From assembly GCA_002269645.1 (NCBI GenBank), contig NIVC01003377.1, forward strand, positions 36,999 to 100,998: a stretch of 64,000 nt of DNA, read 5' to 3'. The notes beneath the pieces were generated by a model. It ran no database searches and was not told the origin of the DNA. It worked only from the letters and a program-made list of their open reading frames with translations. This document shows positions 12,500 through 26,560 of the stretch, in pieces. Made by a program: the position numbers and the translations under genes. The number at the start of each line of letters is the position of its first letter. Position 1 is the first letter of the stretch. The stretch is from Macrostomum lignano (lineage: Eukaryota).

Positions 12500-13018
12500 T
12501 CTCTCCCTGACTCTCCCTACGTCCCTTGGATCCTTTAAAATTTCTATCGTCTCTTTGTTTCCTCTCATCTCTCTCGTCCCTCGTCTCTCCTCTCTCCTTT
12601 CTCCCCTCTTCTCTCGTATCTTCCCTCATCTCTCTTCTCTTTCATCTCTCTTATCTCATCTCTTGTCTCTTCTTTTCTCTCTCCTCTCCTCTCTCCTCTC
12701 TACTTTTTCGTTTTCTCTCTCCTCTCTCCTCTCTCCCCTCTCCTCTCTCCTCTCACCCCCTCTTCTCTCTGATCTTCCTTCTCCTTTCTATTCTTTTCTC
12801 TCTTCTCTTAACTCTCTCCTCTAATCTCTCATCTCTCCCCTCTTCTCTCGTCTCTTCCCTCACCTCTTTTCTCTCTCTCGTCTTTGCTCTCTCATCTTTC
12901 CTTTCTCTTCTTTGATCTTTTCTCTCTTATCTCTTCTCATTTCTCTCTGCTCCCCCTTCTCTCTCTCTCTATCTCTCTCTCTCTCTCTCTCTCTTCTCTG
13001 TCTCTCTCTCTTATCTCT

Positions 13019-13087
<69 letters not shown>

Positions 13088-13110
13088 GTTTTTCTCTCTT
13101 ATCTCTCCTC
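12500..13110. repeat. CT-rich low-complexity tract (left flank of palindrome)
   Basis: Polypyrimidine with (CT)n runs. Confidence 0.9.
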
Positions 13111-16100
13111 ACTACTAAGGGATTCCGTAAGGCTTGATTTTGGAGGTGGGGTGGGTGTCAACCCTCCTCGCCTCTCATTGGCTGGCGCCCCGATCACTAG
13201 GTGATCGATACCCGTATCGATATCGGCGACTCGAACCCGCGACCCTCCCCAGCCGCAGGCGCACCTACCGATATTAGATCCCAATAAATCAATCAGATCC
13301 CAAATCAATCAGATCCCAAGCGCACCCTCCCGAGCCGCAGGCGCCCATGCAGCAGGCGCCCATGCCGCAGGCACCCCGAGTGTACACTCTCCCGATATGT
13401 GTGTACACCGATATGTAGTCATCGATACGGGCCTCTTCCCCTCTCTCACCTACATCTCAACTAGCGAAATCGAACCCAGGTCGCGCCCATACTAGGACAC
13501 TACACGGTTGTGGGGTATAGGGAGCGAGAAGTTTCAACCCTAACGCTGACGCAGCCCTGTACAGTGAGAGTGTACGGGCAGAGAGGGGTGGGGCGGACAG
13601 AGAACCAGCCACTAGGTTGTTATACTGTTGAAGCATAGGGAGCGAGAAGTTTTAACCCCGATGCTGACGCAGCCCTGTACACTGAGCGTGTACGGGCAGA
13701 GGGTGGGTGGAAAGAGATGTGAATAACACAGCCTGCTGCAGGAGCCGGATAGAGAGGCGCATGCTAGGACAGAGAGGTAGTGTGAGTCACACACACCCCA
13801 CAGAGAAAGCCATACAGAGGATAGAGAGCTCCCTCCCCAGTTGCAGGGGACAGAGAGGCAGGCAGGGTATGCAGGGGCATGCGAACCGTCAAGGGGCCAC
13901 GCGAGGATAGAGTGGAGGAGCAGAGATGTGTTTGGACAGAGAGCCAGCCACGTGTGCGTAGTGTGAGGGAACAGAAACATATGGAGCAGGAGGGAGATAG
14001 GAAGCAAACGCGCAGGGTAAGGGAGCCATGCAGCAGGGAGCAGTGTACAGTGAGACACGGGCAGGGGTGGAGCCGTGCGTGGACAGAGCTGAACGGCACG
14101 GTCAGCTGCAGGAATAGGATGATAGAGAGGCGCGGAGGGGGACAGAGAGCAGTGTGCAGGGTAGGCAGCCACGCAGGCTGGGGAACAGAGAGGCGCGTGT
14201 CAGCCAGTTACAGCCCGGGACAGAGAAGTATGAAGGGGGGCCTGGGACAGAGAAGTATGAAGGGGGGCCTGGGACAGAGTTGCGAGCAAGGCACAGAGAG
14301 AGGTAGGGTCCGGTAGCTATGTATAGGCAGGGACCCACGCGAGGGCAGGACAGGGCATGCAAGGCATGCAAATTACATGCAAGGGCAGTGAGGTGTGCGC
14401 GGAGGGAGACAGAGAGCAGTGTGTAGGGGTAGGTAACAGCAAACTTTAGTAGCGGCGCGTGCGGGGACGGAGAAACCAGTCAGAGCATACAGAGACGTTA
14501 CAGAGAGGTACACAAGCAGAGACCAAAGCGAGCAGAGCACATGTGTAGGGACAGAGACGTGAGGGAGAATCGACCAAAACACGCTATGTATTTTCAAAAG
14601 TTGGTTTTAGTGCAACATGTTTAATAGTGGGTAGTATAATAGTATGTACATAGTAGGTATAATAGTAGTAATAATAGTAAGCATATTAGCCCAAAAGGTA
14701 GACTAAAACAGGCTAAACTGTGTGTACGCATCCTCATCACCCCACAAGCCCCCTCTCCCGCCAGACTCACTCTACCAAACCCTCCTGTATTGCTGCATGA
14801 AGGAAAATATAGTGTAAAAATACAGATCTTAACCGTCAGACCGCTGAAATCAGGGCACACTAGAGGGGTTTCGGGGTCTGCATGCTCTATGTAAGCTGCT
14901 TGAGGAGGTTCCAAGGGCGTTGTGAGGGTTTCCATTATGTTTTGAAAAAAACTAGAGGCTTAAATACAACGTTTTATTCAAAAGTAGGTTATTTTAATGA
15001 AATAGCTGACACAATCATTGTCGAGAGTAGAAATTTTTATAAGAAACCAGGCATTTTAGCAAAAATAAACCTTCAAACCACATAAAATTGAATAAAAAGC
15101 AGACATTTTCAATTATAAACCGCAAGTATTTTAATAGAAAAGTAAGCAAACAAGGCACAAAACCAGCAAATTTTACCTTTTTATTTTAATGTTACTGATA
15201 AGGTAGAGAGTAGAAACTTGTGAGCTGTACGGAGTTAGAAAGTATTAACCATTATGTATCGTATGAATTATTAGTTCAGTACCAGCCATTGGTCAAGCGA
15301 GCATTTATGAAGTTATTACGAGTGATGAAGGGATAGAGAGCTATATACAGGAAGACAGTATCCTTCTAAACCACCACGAACAGATTGCTAATAGAGATAA
15401 GCTTTGTCTGTGTGCAGTATGAGTAAGCGAAGGCGGGGCAAATACTTTTCCACATGCCGGACAGAACAGTATTGTGCTAGGATTTCTCTCGAAATCGCGG
15501 TACGTTACTAGTTTTTATCACACCATCCAGATGCGTCAACTAGTCAGCAGTAGTCATTTATATGTTATTAGAACTTACAAACCCAGGTCAAGTAAATATT
15601 ACAAAGAGTATATTACGTACACACGCCAACTCCGAATACCAAGCCATACTAGTCTACTTGCAGTGCTCCTGGAGGGAAGGGACGGCGGGGTGTACATCCG
15701 GCAGGGTGGGCGTCCAGCGAGTGTACATCTGACAGGATGGGTGTTCAGCAAGTGTACATCTGACAGGGTGGGCGTTCAGCAAGTGTACCTTCAGCGTCGA
15801 GTAGGTGTACACCCGTCAGTGGGAACTCAGCCCCTCCCACCAATGTCGTGTGCACGCGGTTAGTCAGTATAGTGGTGGGGTAGACGGTGCAGGAAGGAAA
15901 CCCAGATGCTGACGCTGCCCTGTACAGCGAGCAACCAGCCCTCCTGTAGCAGGAGGGGGACAGAGAGTGCGTGGAGGCAGTAGGAGATAGAGGACGCTAC
16001 CCGGCATGTCGCAGCACGCGGCGCGGGACAGAGAGGCAGTGTGTAAGTCACCCCCACAGGGAGAGCTGCCCTGGCAGGAGGCGCGGGACAGAGAGGCGGT

Positions 16101-19100
16101 GAATCACACCCCACGGAGAGAGCCGTACAGCGAGCTTCCCCACCCGAGTCCGGTAAATATTACAGAGTATTACGTGCACACGCCAGCCCTGAATACCAAG
16201 CCATACTAGTCTACCTGCAGTGCTCCCAGAGGGAAGGGATGGTCAGGAGTTACACACCAAGAATGCATTCATACAAAGAGTACACAACTCGAGCCCAGAC
16301 ACCAAGTCACAGTCTACTTACAGTAGAGATGGTAGATTAATAGCAAGATTATATTACAATTAGACCTCCCTAGCACATGAGGAGTGAAATTCAATAATAA
16401 TTGAATTCAATAATAATACAACATTTAGACGTAGTAATTTAATTACAAAATACCACTAACACTGAGCCAACGAATTGTAGGTTACAAAGGAGTTGCACTC
16501 ATATGGAAAGCCAGTATAATGCAGGTGTATATTATTAAAACATAGACAAAAACGATGCAGACGTATATACACACTATTGATTTTGTACATGTACATTTCG
16601 GCATATTACCACACATCGCAGGCACATATTATATATCGGGGGATAGGTTAAAATACACACATCGTAGATGTAGAAGCAGACACAATGCAGGAAAATTATG
16701 ATACGAGTGTACATATTAGTGCGTAAAAGTATCATATTATGACACCCTGTAGCACATATTGACATAATGCAGGGGAAAATATTGACAGAAATAGTACACA
16801 ATTGTAGAGGTAACAACCCGCCAACTAGTAAGGACATCCAGCACTTGTTCAGGTTTTTATTATTTCGAGACGAGTGTCATGCCCCCGCAAGAGATCTTAT
16901 CAGAAATTTGTTGAACTCCACTGCAACTCTCCCAGAGCCTCCAAATGTGAGTTTTTAACCCAGGGTCGAGTACAAAGGACCCGCCCACTCTTAACCCCAA
17001 GGGGTGATCGTAGCGGAGACCAAGTACAGTGCGGACGGAGAGGGGTAACAGAAAGCGCTGCATCAGACCGCAGGGCTGCATTCCTCCCCGAGGTAGGCGC
17101 GTCAGCTCCCACTCCTCATTTAACCATCAAGTAAACTAAAGAAGTCAAGCAGAAAGCCTTACAATCACCCGCAACCAGCACAAGTAAGAGTACTTTCCAC
17201 TAGAGAGCCATAGTGCAAGATTCGCGAGCCAAGTTGAAGAAGCACACCAAATTACACTAAAGACATATGTATTAAAAAGCATACCGGCACCTCTACAAAA
17301 ACACAGTATGTACCGATTAAAGTTGCTTTTGGTGCAGTGTATTTAATAAAAGCAGGTACCTAACACAAAAGTAGGCATCAATGCAGTGCACGGGCTAAAC
17401 TGTATTTACAAACGCAGGGCAACGAACTACACACAATGTAGCGCATAGACATAATTGTACGCATAAATGTACGCAATTTCCGGTATATAGGACCAAATGT
17501 ACACAATGTACACAAACACACACACACACACACACACTCAGGCGTATTCACAGCAAGAGCTTCCTGCCGATGGCGCCATCGCCTGCGGCGATCGGTGCTG
17601 CAGGATGCGCTGCAGGATGCGCCTGAGTGTGTGTGTGTGTGTGTGTGTTTGTGTACATTGTGTACATTTGGTCCTATATACCGGAAATTGCGTACATTTA
17701 TGCGTACAATTATGTCTATGCGCTACATTGTGTGTAGTTCGTTGCCCTGCGTTTGTAAATACAGTTTAGCCCGTGCACTGCATTGATGCCTACTTTTGTG
17801 TTAGGTACCTGCTTTTATTAAATACACTGCACCAAAAGCAACTTTAATCGGTACATACTGTGTTTTTGTAGAGGTGCCGGTATGCTTTTTAATACATATG
17901 TCTTTAGTGTAATTTGGTGTGCTTCTTCAACTTGGCTCGCGAATCTTGCACTATGGCTCTCTAGTGGAAAGTACTCTTACTTGTGCTGGTTGCGGGTGAT
18001 TGTAAGGCTTTCTGCTTGACTTCTTTAGTTTACTTGATGGTTAAATGAGGAGTGGGAGCTGACGCGCCTACCTCGGGGAGGAATGCAGCCCTGCGGTCTG
18101 ATGCAGCGCTTTCTGTTACCCCTCTCCGTCCGCACTGTACTTGGTCTCCGCTACGATCACCCCTTGGGGTTAAGAGTGGGCGGGTCCTTTGTACTCGACC
18201 CTGGGTTAAAAACTCACATTTGGAGGCTCTGGGAGAGTTGCAGTGGAGTTCAACAAATTTCTGATAAGATCTCTTGCGGGGCATGACACTCGTCTCGAAA
18301 TAATAAAAACCTGAACAAGTGCTGGATGTCCTTACTAGTTGGCGGGTTGTTACCTCTACAATTGTGTACTATTTCTGTCAATATTTTCCCCTGCATTATG
18401 TCAATATGTGCTACAGGGTGTCATAATATGATACTTTTACGCACTAATATGTACACTCGTATCATAATTTTCCTGCATTGTGTCTGCTTCTACATCTACG
18501 ATGTGTGTATTTTAACCTATCCCCGATATATAATATGTGCCTGCGATGTGTGGTAATATGCCGAAATGTACATGTACAAAATCAATAGTGTGTATATACG
18601 TCTGCATCGTTTTTGTCTATGTTTTAATAATATACACCTGCATTATACTGGCTTTCCATATGAGTGGCAACTCCTTTGTAACCTACAATTCGTTGGCTCA
18701 GTGTTAGTGGTATTTTGTAATTAAATTACTACGTCTAAATGTTGTATTATTATTGAATTCAATTATTATTGAATTTCACTCCTCATGTGCTAGGGAGGTC
18801 TAATTGTAATATAATCTTGCTATTAATCTACCATCTCTACTGTAAGTAGACTGTGACTTGGTGTCTGGGCTCGAGTTGTGTACTCTTTGTATGAATGCAT
18901 TCTTGGTGTGTAACTCCTGACCATCCCTTCCCTCTGGGAGCACTGCAGGTAGACTAGTATGGCTTGGTATTCAGGGCTGGCGTGTGCACGTAATACTCTG
19001 TAATATTTACCGGACTCGGGTGGGGAAGCTCGCTGTACGGCTCTCTCCGTGGGGTGTGATTCACCGCCTCTCTGTCCCGCGCCTCCTGCCAGGGCAGCTC

Positions 19101-22052
19101 TCCCTGTGGGGGTGACTTACACACTGCCTCTCTGTCCCGCGCCGCGTGCTGCGACATGCCGGGTAGCGTCCTCTATCTCCTACTGCCTCCACGCACTCTC
19201 TGTCCCCCTCCTGCTACAGGAGGGCTGGTTGCTCGCTGTACAGGGCAGCGTCAGCATCTGGGTTTCCTTCCTGCACCGTCTACCCCACCACTATACTGAC
19301 TAACCGCATGCACACGACATTGGTGGGAGGGGCTGAGTTCCCACTGACGGGTGTACACCTACTCGACGCTGAAGGTACACTTGCTGAACGCCCACCCTGT
19401 CAGATGTACACTTGCTGAACACCCATCCTGTCAGATGTACACTCGCTGGACGCCCACCCTGCCGGATGTACACCCCGCCGTCCCTTCCCTCCAGGAGCAC
19501 TGCAAGTAGACTAGTATGGCTTGGTATTCGGAGTTGGCGTGTGTACGTAATATACTCTTTGTAATATTTACTTGACCTGGGTTTGTAAGTTCTAATAACA
19601 TATAAATGACTACTGCTGACTAGTTGACGCATCTGGATGGTGTGATAAAAACTAGTAACGTACCGCGATTTCGAGAGAAATCCTAGCACAATACTGTTCT
19701 GTCCGGCATGTGGAAAAGTATTTGCCCCGCCTTCGCTTACTCATACTGCACACAGACAAAGCTTATCTCTATTAGCAATCTGTTCGTGGTGGTTTAGAAG
19801 GATACTGTCTTCCTGTATATAGCTCTCTATCCCTTCATCACTCGTAATAACTTCATAAATGCTCGCTTGACCAATGGCTGGTACTGAACTAATAATTCAT
19901 ACGATACATAATGGTTAATACTTTCTAACTCCGTACAGCTCACAAGTTTCTACTCTCTACCTTATCAGTAACATTAAAATAAAAAGGTAAAATTTGCTGG
20001 TTTTGTGCCTTGTTTGCTTACTTTTCTATTAAAATACTTGCGGTTTATAATTGAAAATGTCTGCTTTTTATTCAATTTTATGTGGTTTGAAGGTTTATTT
20101 TTGCTAAAATGCCTGGTTTCTTATAAAAATTTCTACTCTCGACAATGATTGTGTCAGCTATTTCATTAAAATAACCTACTTTTGAATAAAACGTTGTATT
20201 TAAGCCTCTAGTTTTTTTCAAAACATAATGGAAACCCTCACAACGCCCTTGGAACCTCCTCAAGCAGCTTACATAGAGCATGCAGACCCCGAAACCCCTC
20301 TAGTGTGCCCTGATTTCAGCGGTCTGACGGTTAAGATCTGTATTTTTACACTATATTTTCCTTCATGCAGCAATACAGGAGGGTTTGGTAGAGTGAGTCT
20401 GGCGGGAGAGGGGGCTTGTGGGGTGATGAGGATGCGTACACACAGTTTAGCCTGTTTTAGTCTACCTTTTGGGCTAATATGCTTACTATTATTACTACTA
20501 TTATACCTACTATGTACATACTATTATACTACCCACTATTAAACATGTTGCACTAAAACCAACTTTTGAAAATACATAGCGTGTTTTGGTCGATTCTCCC
20601 TCACGTCTCTGTCCCTACACATGTGCTCTGCTCGCTTTGGTCTCTGCTTGTGTACCTCTCTGTAACGTCTCTGTATGCTCTGACTGGTTTCTCCGTCCCC
20701 GCACGCGCCGCTACTAAAGTTTGCTGTTACCTACCCCTACACACTGCTCTCTGTCTCCCTCCGCGCACACCTCACTGCCCTTGCATGTAATTTGCATGCC
20801 TTGCATGCCCTGTCCTGCCCTCGCGTGGGTCCCTGCCTATACATAGCTACCGGACCCTACCTCTCTCTGTGCCTTGCTCGCAACTCTGTCCCAGGCCCCC
20901 CTTCATACTTCTCTGTCCCAGGCCCCCCTTCATACTTCTCTGTCCCGGGCTGTAACTGGCTGACACGCGCCTCTCTGTTCCCCAGCCTGCGTGGCTGCCT
21001 ACCCTGCACACTGCTCTCTGTCCCCCTCCGCGCCTCTCTATCATCCTATTCCTGCAGCTGACCGTGCCGTTCAGCTCTGTCCACGCACGGCTCCACCCCT
21101 GCCCGTGTCTCACTGTACACTGCTCCCTGCTGCATGGCTCCCTTACCCTGCGCGTTTGCTTCCTATCTCCCTCCTGCTCCATATGTTTCTGTTCCCTCAC
21201 ACTACGCACACGTGGCTGGCTCTCTGTCCAAACACATCTCTGCTCCTCCACTCTATCCTCGCGTGGCCCCTTGACGGTTCGCATGCCCCTGCATACCCTG
21301 CCTGCCTCTCTGTCCCCTGCAACTGGGGAGGGAGCTCTCTATCCTCTGTATGGCTTTCTCTGTGGGGTGTGTGTGACTCACACTACCTCTCTGTCCTAGC
21401 ATGCGCCTCTCTATCCGGCTCCTGCAGCAGGCTGTGTTATTCACATCTCTTTCCACCCACCCTCTGCCCGTACACGCTCAGTGTACAGGGCTGCGTCAGC
21501 ATCGGGGTTAAAACTTCTCGCTCCCTATGCTTCAACAGTATAACAACCTAGTGGCTGGTTCTCTGTCCGCCCCACCCCTCTCTGCCCGTACACTCTCACT
21601 GTACAGGGCTGCGTCAGCGTTAGGGTTGAAACTTCTCGCTCCCTATACCCCACAACCGTGTAGTGTCCTAGTATGGGCGCGACCTGGGTTCGATTTCGCT
21701 AGTTGAGATGTAGGTGAGAGAGGGGAAGAGGCCCGTATCGATGACTACATATCGGTGTACACACATATCGGGAGAGTGTACACTCGGGGTGCCTGCGGCA
21801 TGGGCGCCTGCTGCATGGGCGCCTGCGGCTCGGGAGGGTGCGCTTGGGATCTGATTGATTTGGGATCTGATTGATTTATTGGGATCTAATATCGGTAGGT
21901 GCGCCTGCGGCTGGGGAGGGTCGCGGGTTCGAGTCGCCGATATCGATACGGGTATCGATCACCTAGTGATCGGGGCGCCAGCCAATGAGAGGCGAGGAGG
22001 GTTGACACCCACCCCACCTCCAAAATCAAGCCTTACGGAATCCCTTAGTAGT
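13111..22052. mobile_element. 8.94-kb foldback (palindromic) element: arms 13111-17544 and 17620-22052, 75-bp spacer, putative 6-bp TSD CTCCTC
   Basis: Right arm is the reverse complement of the left arm (mirror ORF pairs in the track, e.g. 13612-14172(-)/20991-21551(+)). Ends ACTACTAAGGG...CCCTTAGTAGT; CTCCTC at 13105-13110 and 22053-22058. The inverted repeat is certain; mobile-element status is inferred. Confidence 0.8.
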
Positions 22053-23390
<1,338 letters not shown>

Positions 23391-23799
23391 CCCGCACATA
23401 AGCTGGATTCTTTATCTGGCTTTTGAAGTAAAAGTCTGCCGATCCCTGCTTCGAAAGCCAGTTTGTGGGATGTACTACTCTCATCGTTATTCTCATGCTT
23501 TGATCACGTCATCTTTCTTGCCAATTTGCAGCCCTGAAAGGAATTTGTGTATCTTCAGCTCCACTGCAGTCTGCATCAGTCTAACAACCAATGAAATATG
23601 CATTTCTTAGGCCATTTAAATTTCAAAGTACTTTTAAGAGAAACTTAAAATTTCAATGGTGTGCCTAATTTAGTAGGGTTGTATTTCATTGCATCGCATC
23701 GCCTTTTCATAAATCTTTCGCTTTTACAAACCATGCTGGATTCCCTCGATTTGCCAATTGCCATCCAGTGTTAAACTGCTGCAGAGTTTGCCAATACAG

Positions 23800-25200
23800 A
23801 GGGGAGGGCAGTGGTTAGAATTTCTCACTAAACCGTCATGGCCGTAAAGACGGTCTCTGACTGTTTTTACCCTGGTTGCCTTCTGGCAGCTTGTCTAAGG
23901 GTTGTGCGCAATCCGATTGGCTATGCCAATTTCAAAGGGTCCGCCCCGGAGGGGCTGTGCCTGATCTAAAAATAAACCCTATTCTTTTTTCTAATTTCGG
24001 CCCTCGGCCTTGGTTTAGGGGGGGTGGTGCCCGGAGTGAGTAGGTTCTCTGGACTGCAGTGTGGCTAGGTCGGGACTGAGCCCCCTGGTCGTACCCGCCC
24101 TGCAGGAAAGAATGACCAATTCACAAAGGTGTACGGTAGACCCAGTAGCATGCCAGCCCTGAGGCTGAGCACCCGGGCTGCAGGCCGGCAAGCTGCCTGC
24201 TTTAGGGCTATGGTGCTCCTCCTTTCTGCCTTTCTTTTTTTCTGGGCTGGCATCCCAGCGCTGTTTTATCCCTTTAGCTTTGTGCCTTTGTGGCTTTTAT
24301 TATTTTATCCTTTTATCTGGCCACTAGAAGCCTTCCAATATTCGGAGTTATGAGCTCTGCCCTTGCCCGGTCCATCTTGCCCTGTCCTCGGGTCCATCTC
24401 CTGGCTCCTGCTGAAGGTCCCTGCTTGCGTGTCTCTGGCTCTCATCCTGACAGTGGATTGGTGTCCTGGGAAGGATGTTCGTCCCGAACCGGGGACAACC
24501 GGCTGAGTCCGGAGTCCTCTTGCCCTGGGTGCCTCTTCTCCCGACCCCTTGGCCTGGCCCCCAATAATGAGCTGGATAGGCGATGCCCTTGGGTTGGTAG
24601 CAATAGAGGTGTATCCTGTCCGCCTAGAGTCTCCCCCTCGGATACAAGCCTTCCAGACTCACTCCAAAATAGAGCTGGGTAGTGAAAAGCCTTGAGGCTC
24701 GAGACCTACAGTTCATGCGGTTACTGTTTAGGATCGCTCTTGGTAACTAGCTGCCCAGACTCGCTCCAATAGTTTTAAGCCATTTCCGTAGGTTTAGGAG
24801 TAACTCCTCACTCGGACCGCTTTTTTCAGTAATATTTCAAGCATTTCGCTTTCCAATTTTTCTGCGCACTCCCAAGGACTCGCTAGCTGGGGGGTGGCCT
24901 GGGTGGACTCGGTCTTAGCACCGTCCCTGATTCCACTGTTTGGGTTGGCGGTGTCTTGTACCGTAGGTTTGGGTCAACTCGCCCACCCGCGCTTTGAGCC
25001 GGGTCCAATCCCAATGCATTCCATGGGGTATCTCGGGCCCTGGACAGTTAATGCCTTGGCCCCTGGCAGTGCCCCTCTGCGGCAGAGCCCACCCAGGGCT
25101 GATCCGCGGGTAGCCTAGCTTCCCACCCCCGTTTAACAACAAACCGTCATGGCTAAACGTAGCCTCTCCACTCTGGGGGTGCAGAGAAGGCTATTAAAAA
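23800..25200. other. GC-rich unclassified interspersed sequence, possibly retroelement 5' region or LTR-like
   Basis: GC-rich island in AT/CT-rich DNA bounded by the shared motif AAACCGTCATGGC (~23830, ~25141) with hairpins; no recognisable protein. Confidence 0.25.
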
Positions 25201-25209
25201 GTTGTTCCA

Positions 25210-25906
25210 AAACACTGTACATTCGCTATGTACATTCAGTCCTATCGCCTGACCCTTCGTCTGGCGTTGGGGGAATGAGTGAGTGAGTGGCACAAACAAC
25301 AGAAAAAGCAGACAAACTTCACATGCTTACAGTTTCTTTTTCGGTTGAGTTACAGAGTTGAAACTTTACATTTAGACAGAGAATGAGTCAATGAAGAATT
25401 GTGTCAAGTTTGAAGTCAATCGCTTTACGTGGAGCAAACTTATGGCAGCTGAAAGTTAGTCAATTTTGAAACCCTTTTACACATCTGGGCCCAGATTGGG
25501 AAAGAGAGGCAGGCGGGCGGAGGTTGGGGTGGCTGTCTCGCTGAAAAAAGCAGACTAACTTTAGAAGTGAACAGCGCCGTTCAGGATTAACTTTGAGACT
25601 CGAAATTTTACACGATTGTGTCACAATAGTTAAAGATTAATTGTGTCAAATTTGAAGAGAATCGGTAAAAGTGGAACGGCGCTATGGAGGATTAAGTGAA
25701 AAAATCGCGCATTTTGAGCAGTTTTTTGTACTTTTAGGTAGGAAGACTTGAGTCTAGGAAATTTAAAGGTAGCCTAAGACATTCTCCGTAGTACGTTTAG
25801 GGTGGGTGTAAAGTTTGGTGTAATTTGGTTGAGCGGTTTGGGAGTCCATAGCGAAGTAATTTGTCCACAGACAGACAGAGTTTTGATTTTTATAGGTAGA
25901 GAAGAT
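25210..25906 (+). mobile_element. Non-autonomous Helitron/Helentron-like (Lep1/DINE-1/HINE-type) element
   Basis: 3' end AAGTTTGG...TTGGTTGAGCGGTTT...CAGACAGACAGA...TTTATAGGTAGAGAAGAT resembles the Lep1/HINE 3' signature; internal modules GTCAA(G/A)TTTGAAG..AATCG at ~25404 and ~25645. The 5' boundary is approximate. Confidence 0.5.
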
Positions 25907-26120
25907 CATTGTTACTAATTACTAACATCCATCAGAGAAGAACATTGGTAGTTCCAGTCCAGCGAATAGAAAATATTCACACGATCGATAAAATTCAACT
26001 GGCGGCGGAACACCCACCCCCCTCCGCCAGCCACCCCAATTCTTCTGGTTACTTATTCGGCCCGAGAACCGCCGTTTACTCCATCAAATTCTCACTTTAC
26101 TTCACAACTCTTAGTTTTGA

Positions 26121-26450
<330 letters not shown>

Positions 26451-26534
26451 AGGCGCTCGCAGCCTGTTAGCTGTCAGGCGTCATTGACGTCTGCTTCGTC
26501 ATAACTACGCTGTGACAACCGTATCCTGAACGCT

Positions 26535-26560
26535 AAAACGGCCCTTTTCAGGGCCACCAC
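26535..26560 (+). terminator. Replication-dependent histone 3' stem-loop
   Basis: AAAAC-GGCCCT-TTTC-AGGGCC-ACCAC, about 85 nt after the H4 stop. Confidence 0.95.

Noticed and set aside
12390-13204. Leu/Ser-rich membrane-protein-like ORFs (also 21855-23426)
   Set aside because: Artefacts of CT-rich low-complexity sequence
13111-17544. Endogenous parvovirus with NS1/VP genes
   Set aside because: Size and hairpins fit, but I found no SF3 helicase Walker motifs or long ORF; a lone HVH tripeptide near 16590 sits in a short stop-bounded frame
13111-22052. Pure sequencing fold-back (missing adapter) artefact
   Set aside because: Not favoured: no adapter sequence at the centre, symmetry ends sharply with direct-orientation flanks and a 6-bp duplication, and the spacer is structured. 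It cannot be fully excluded without reads.
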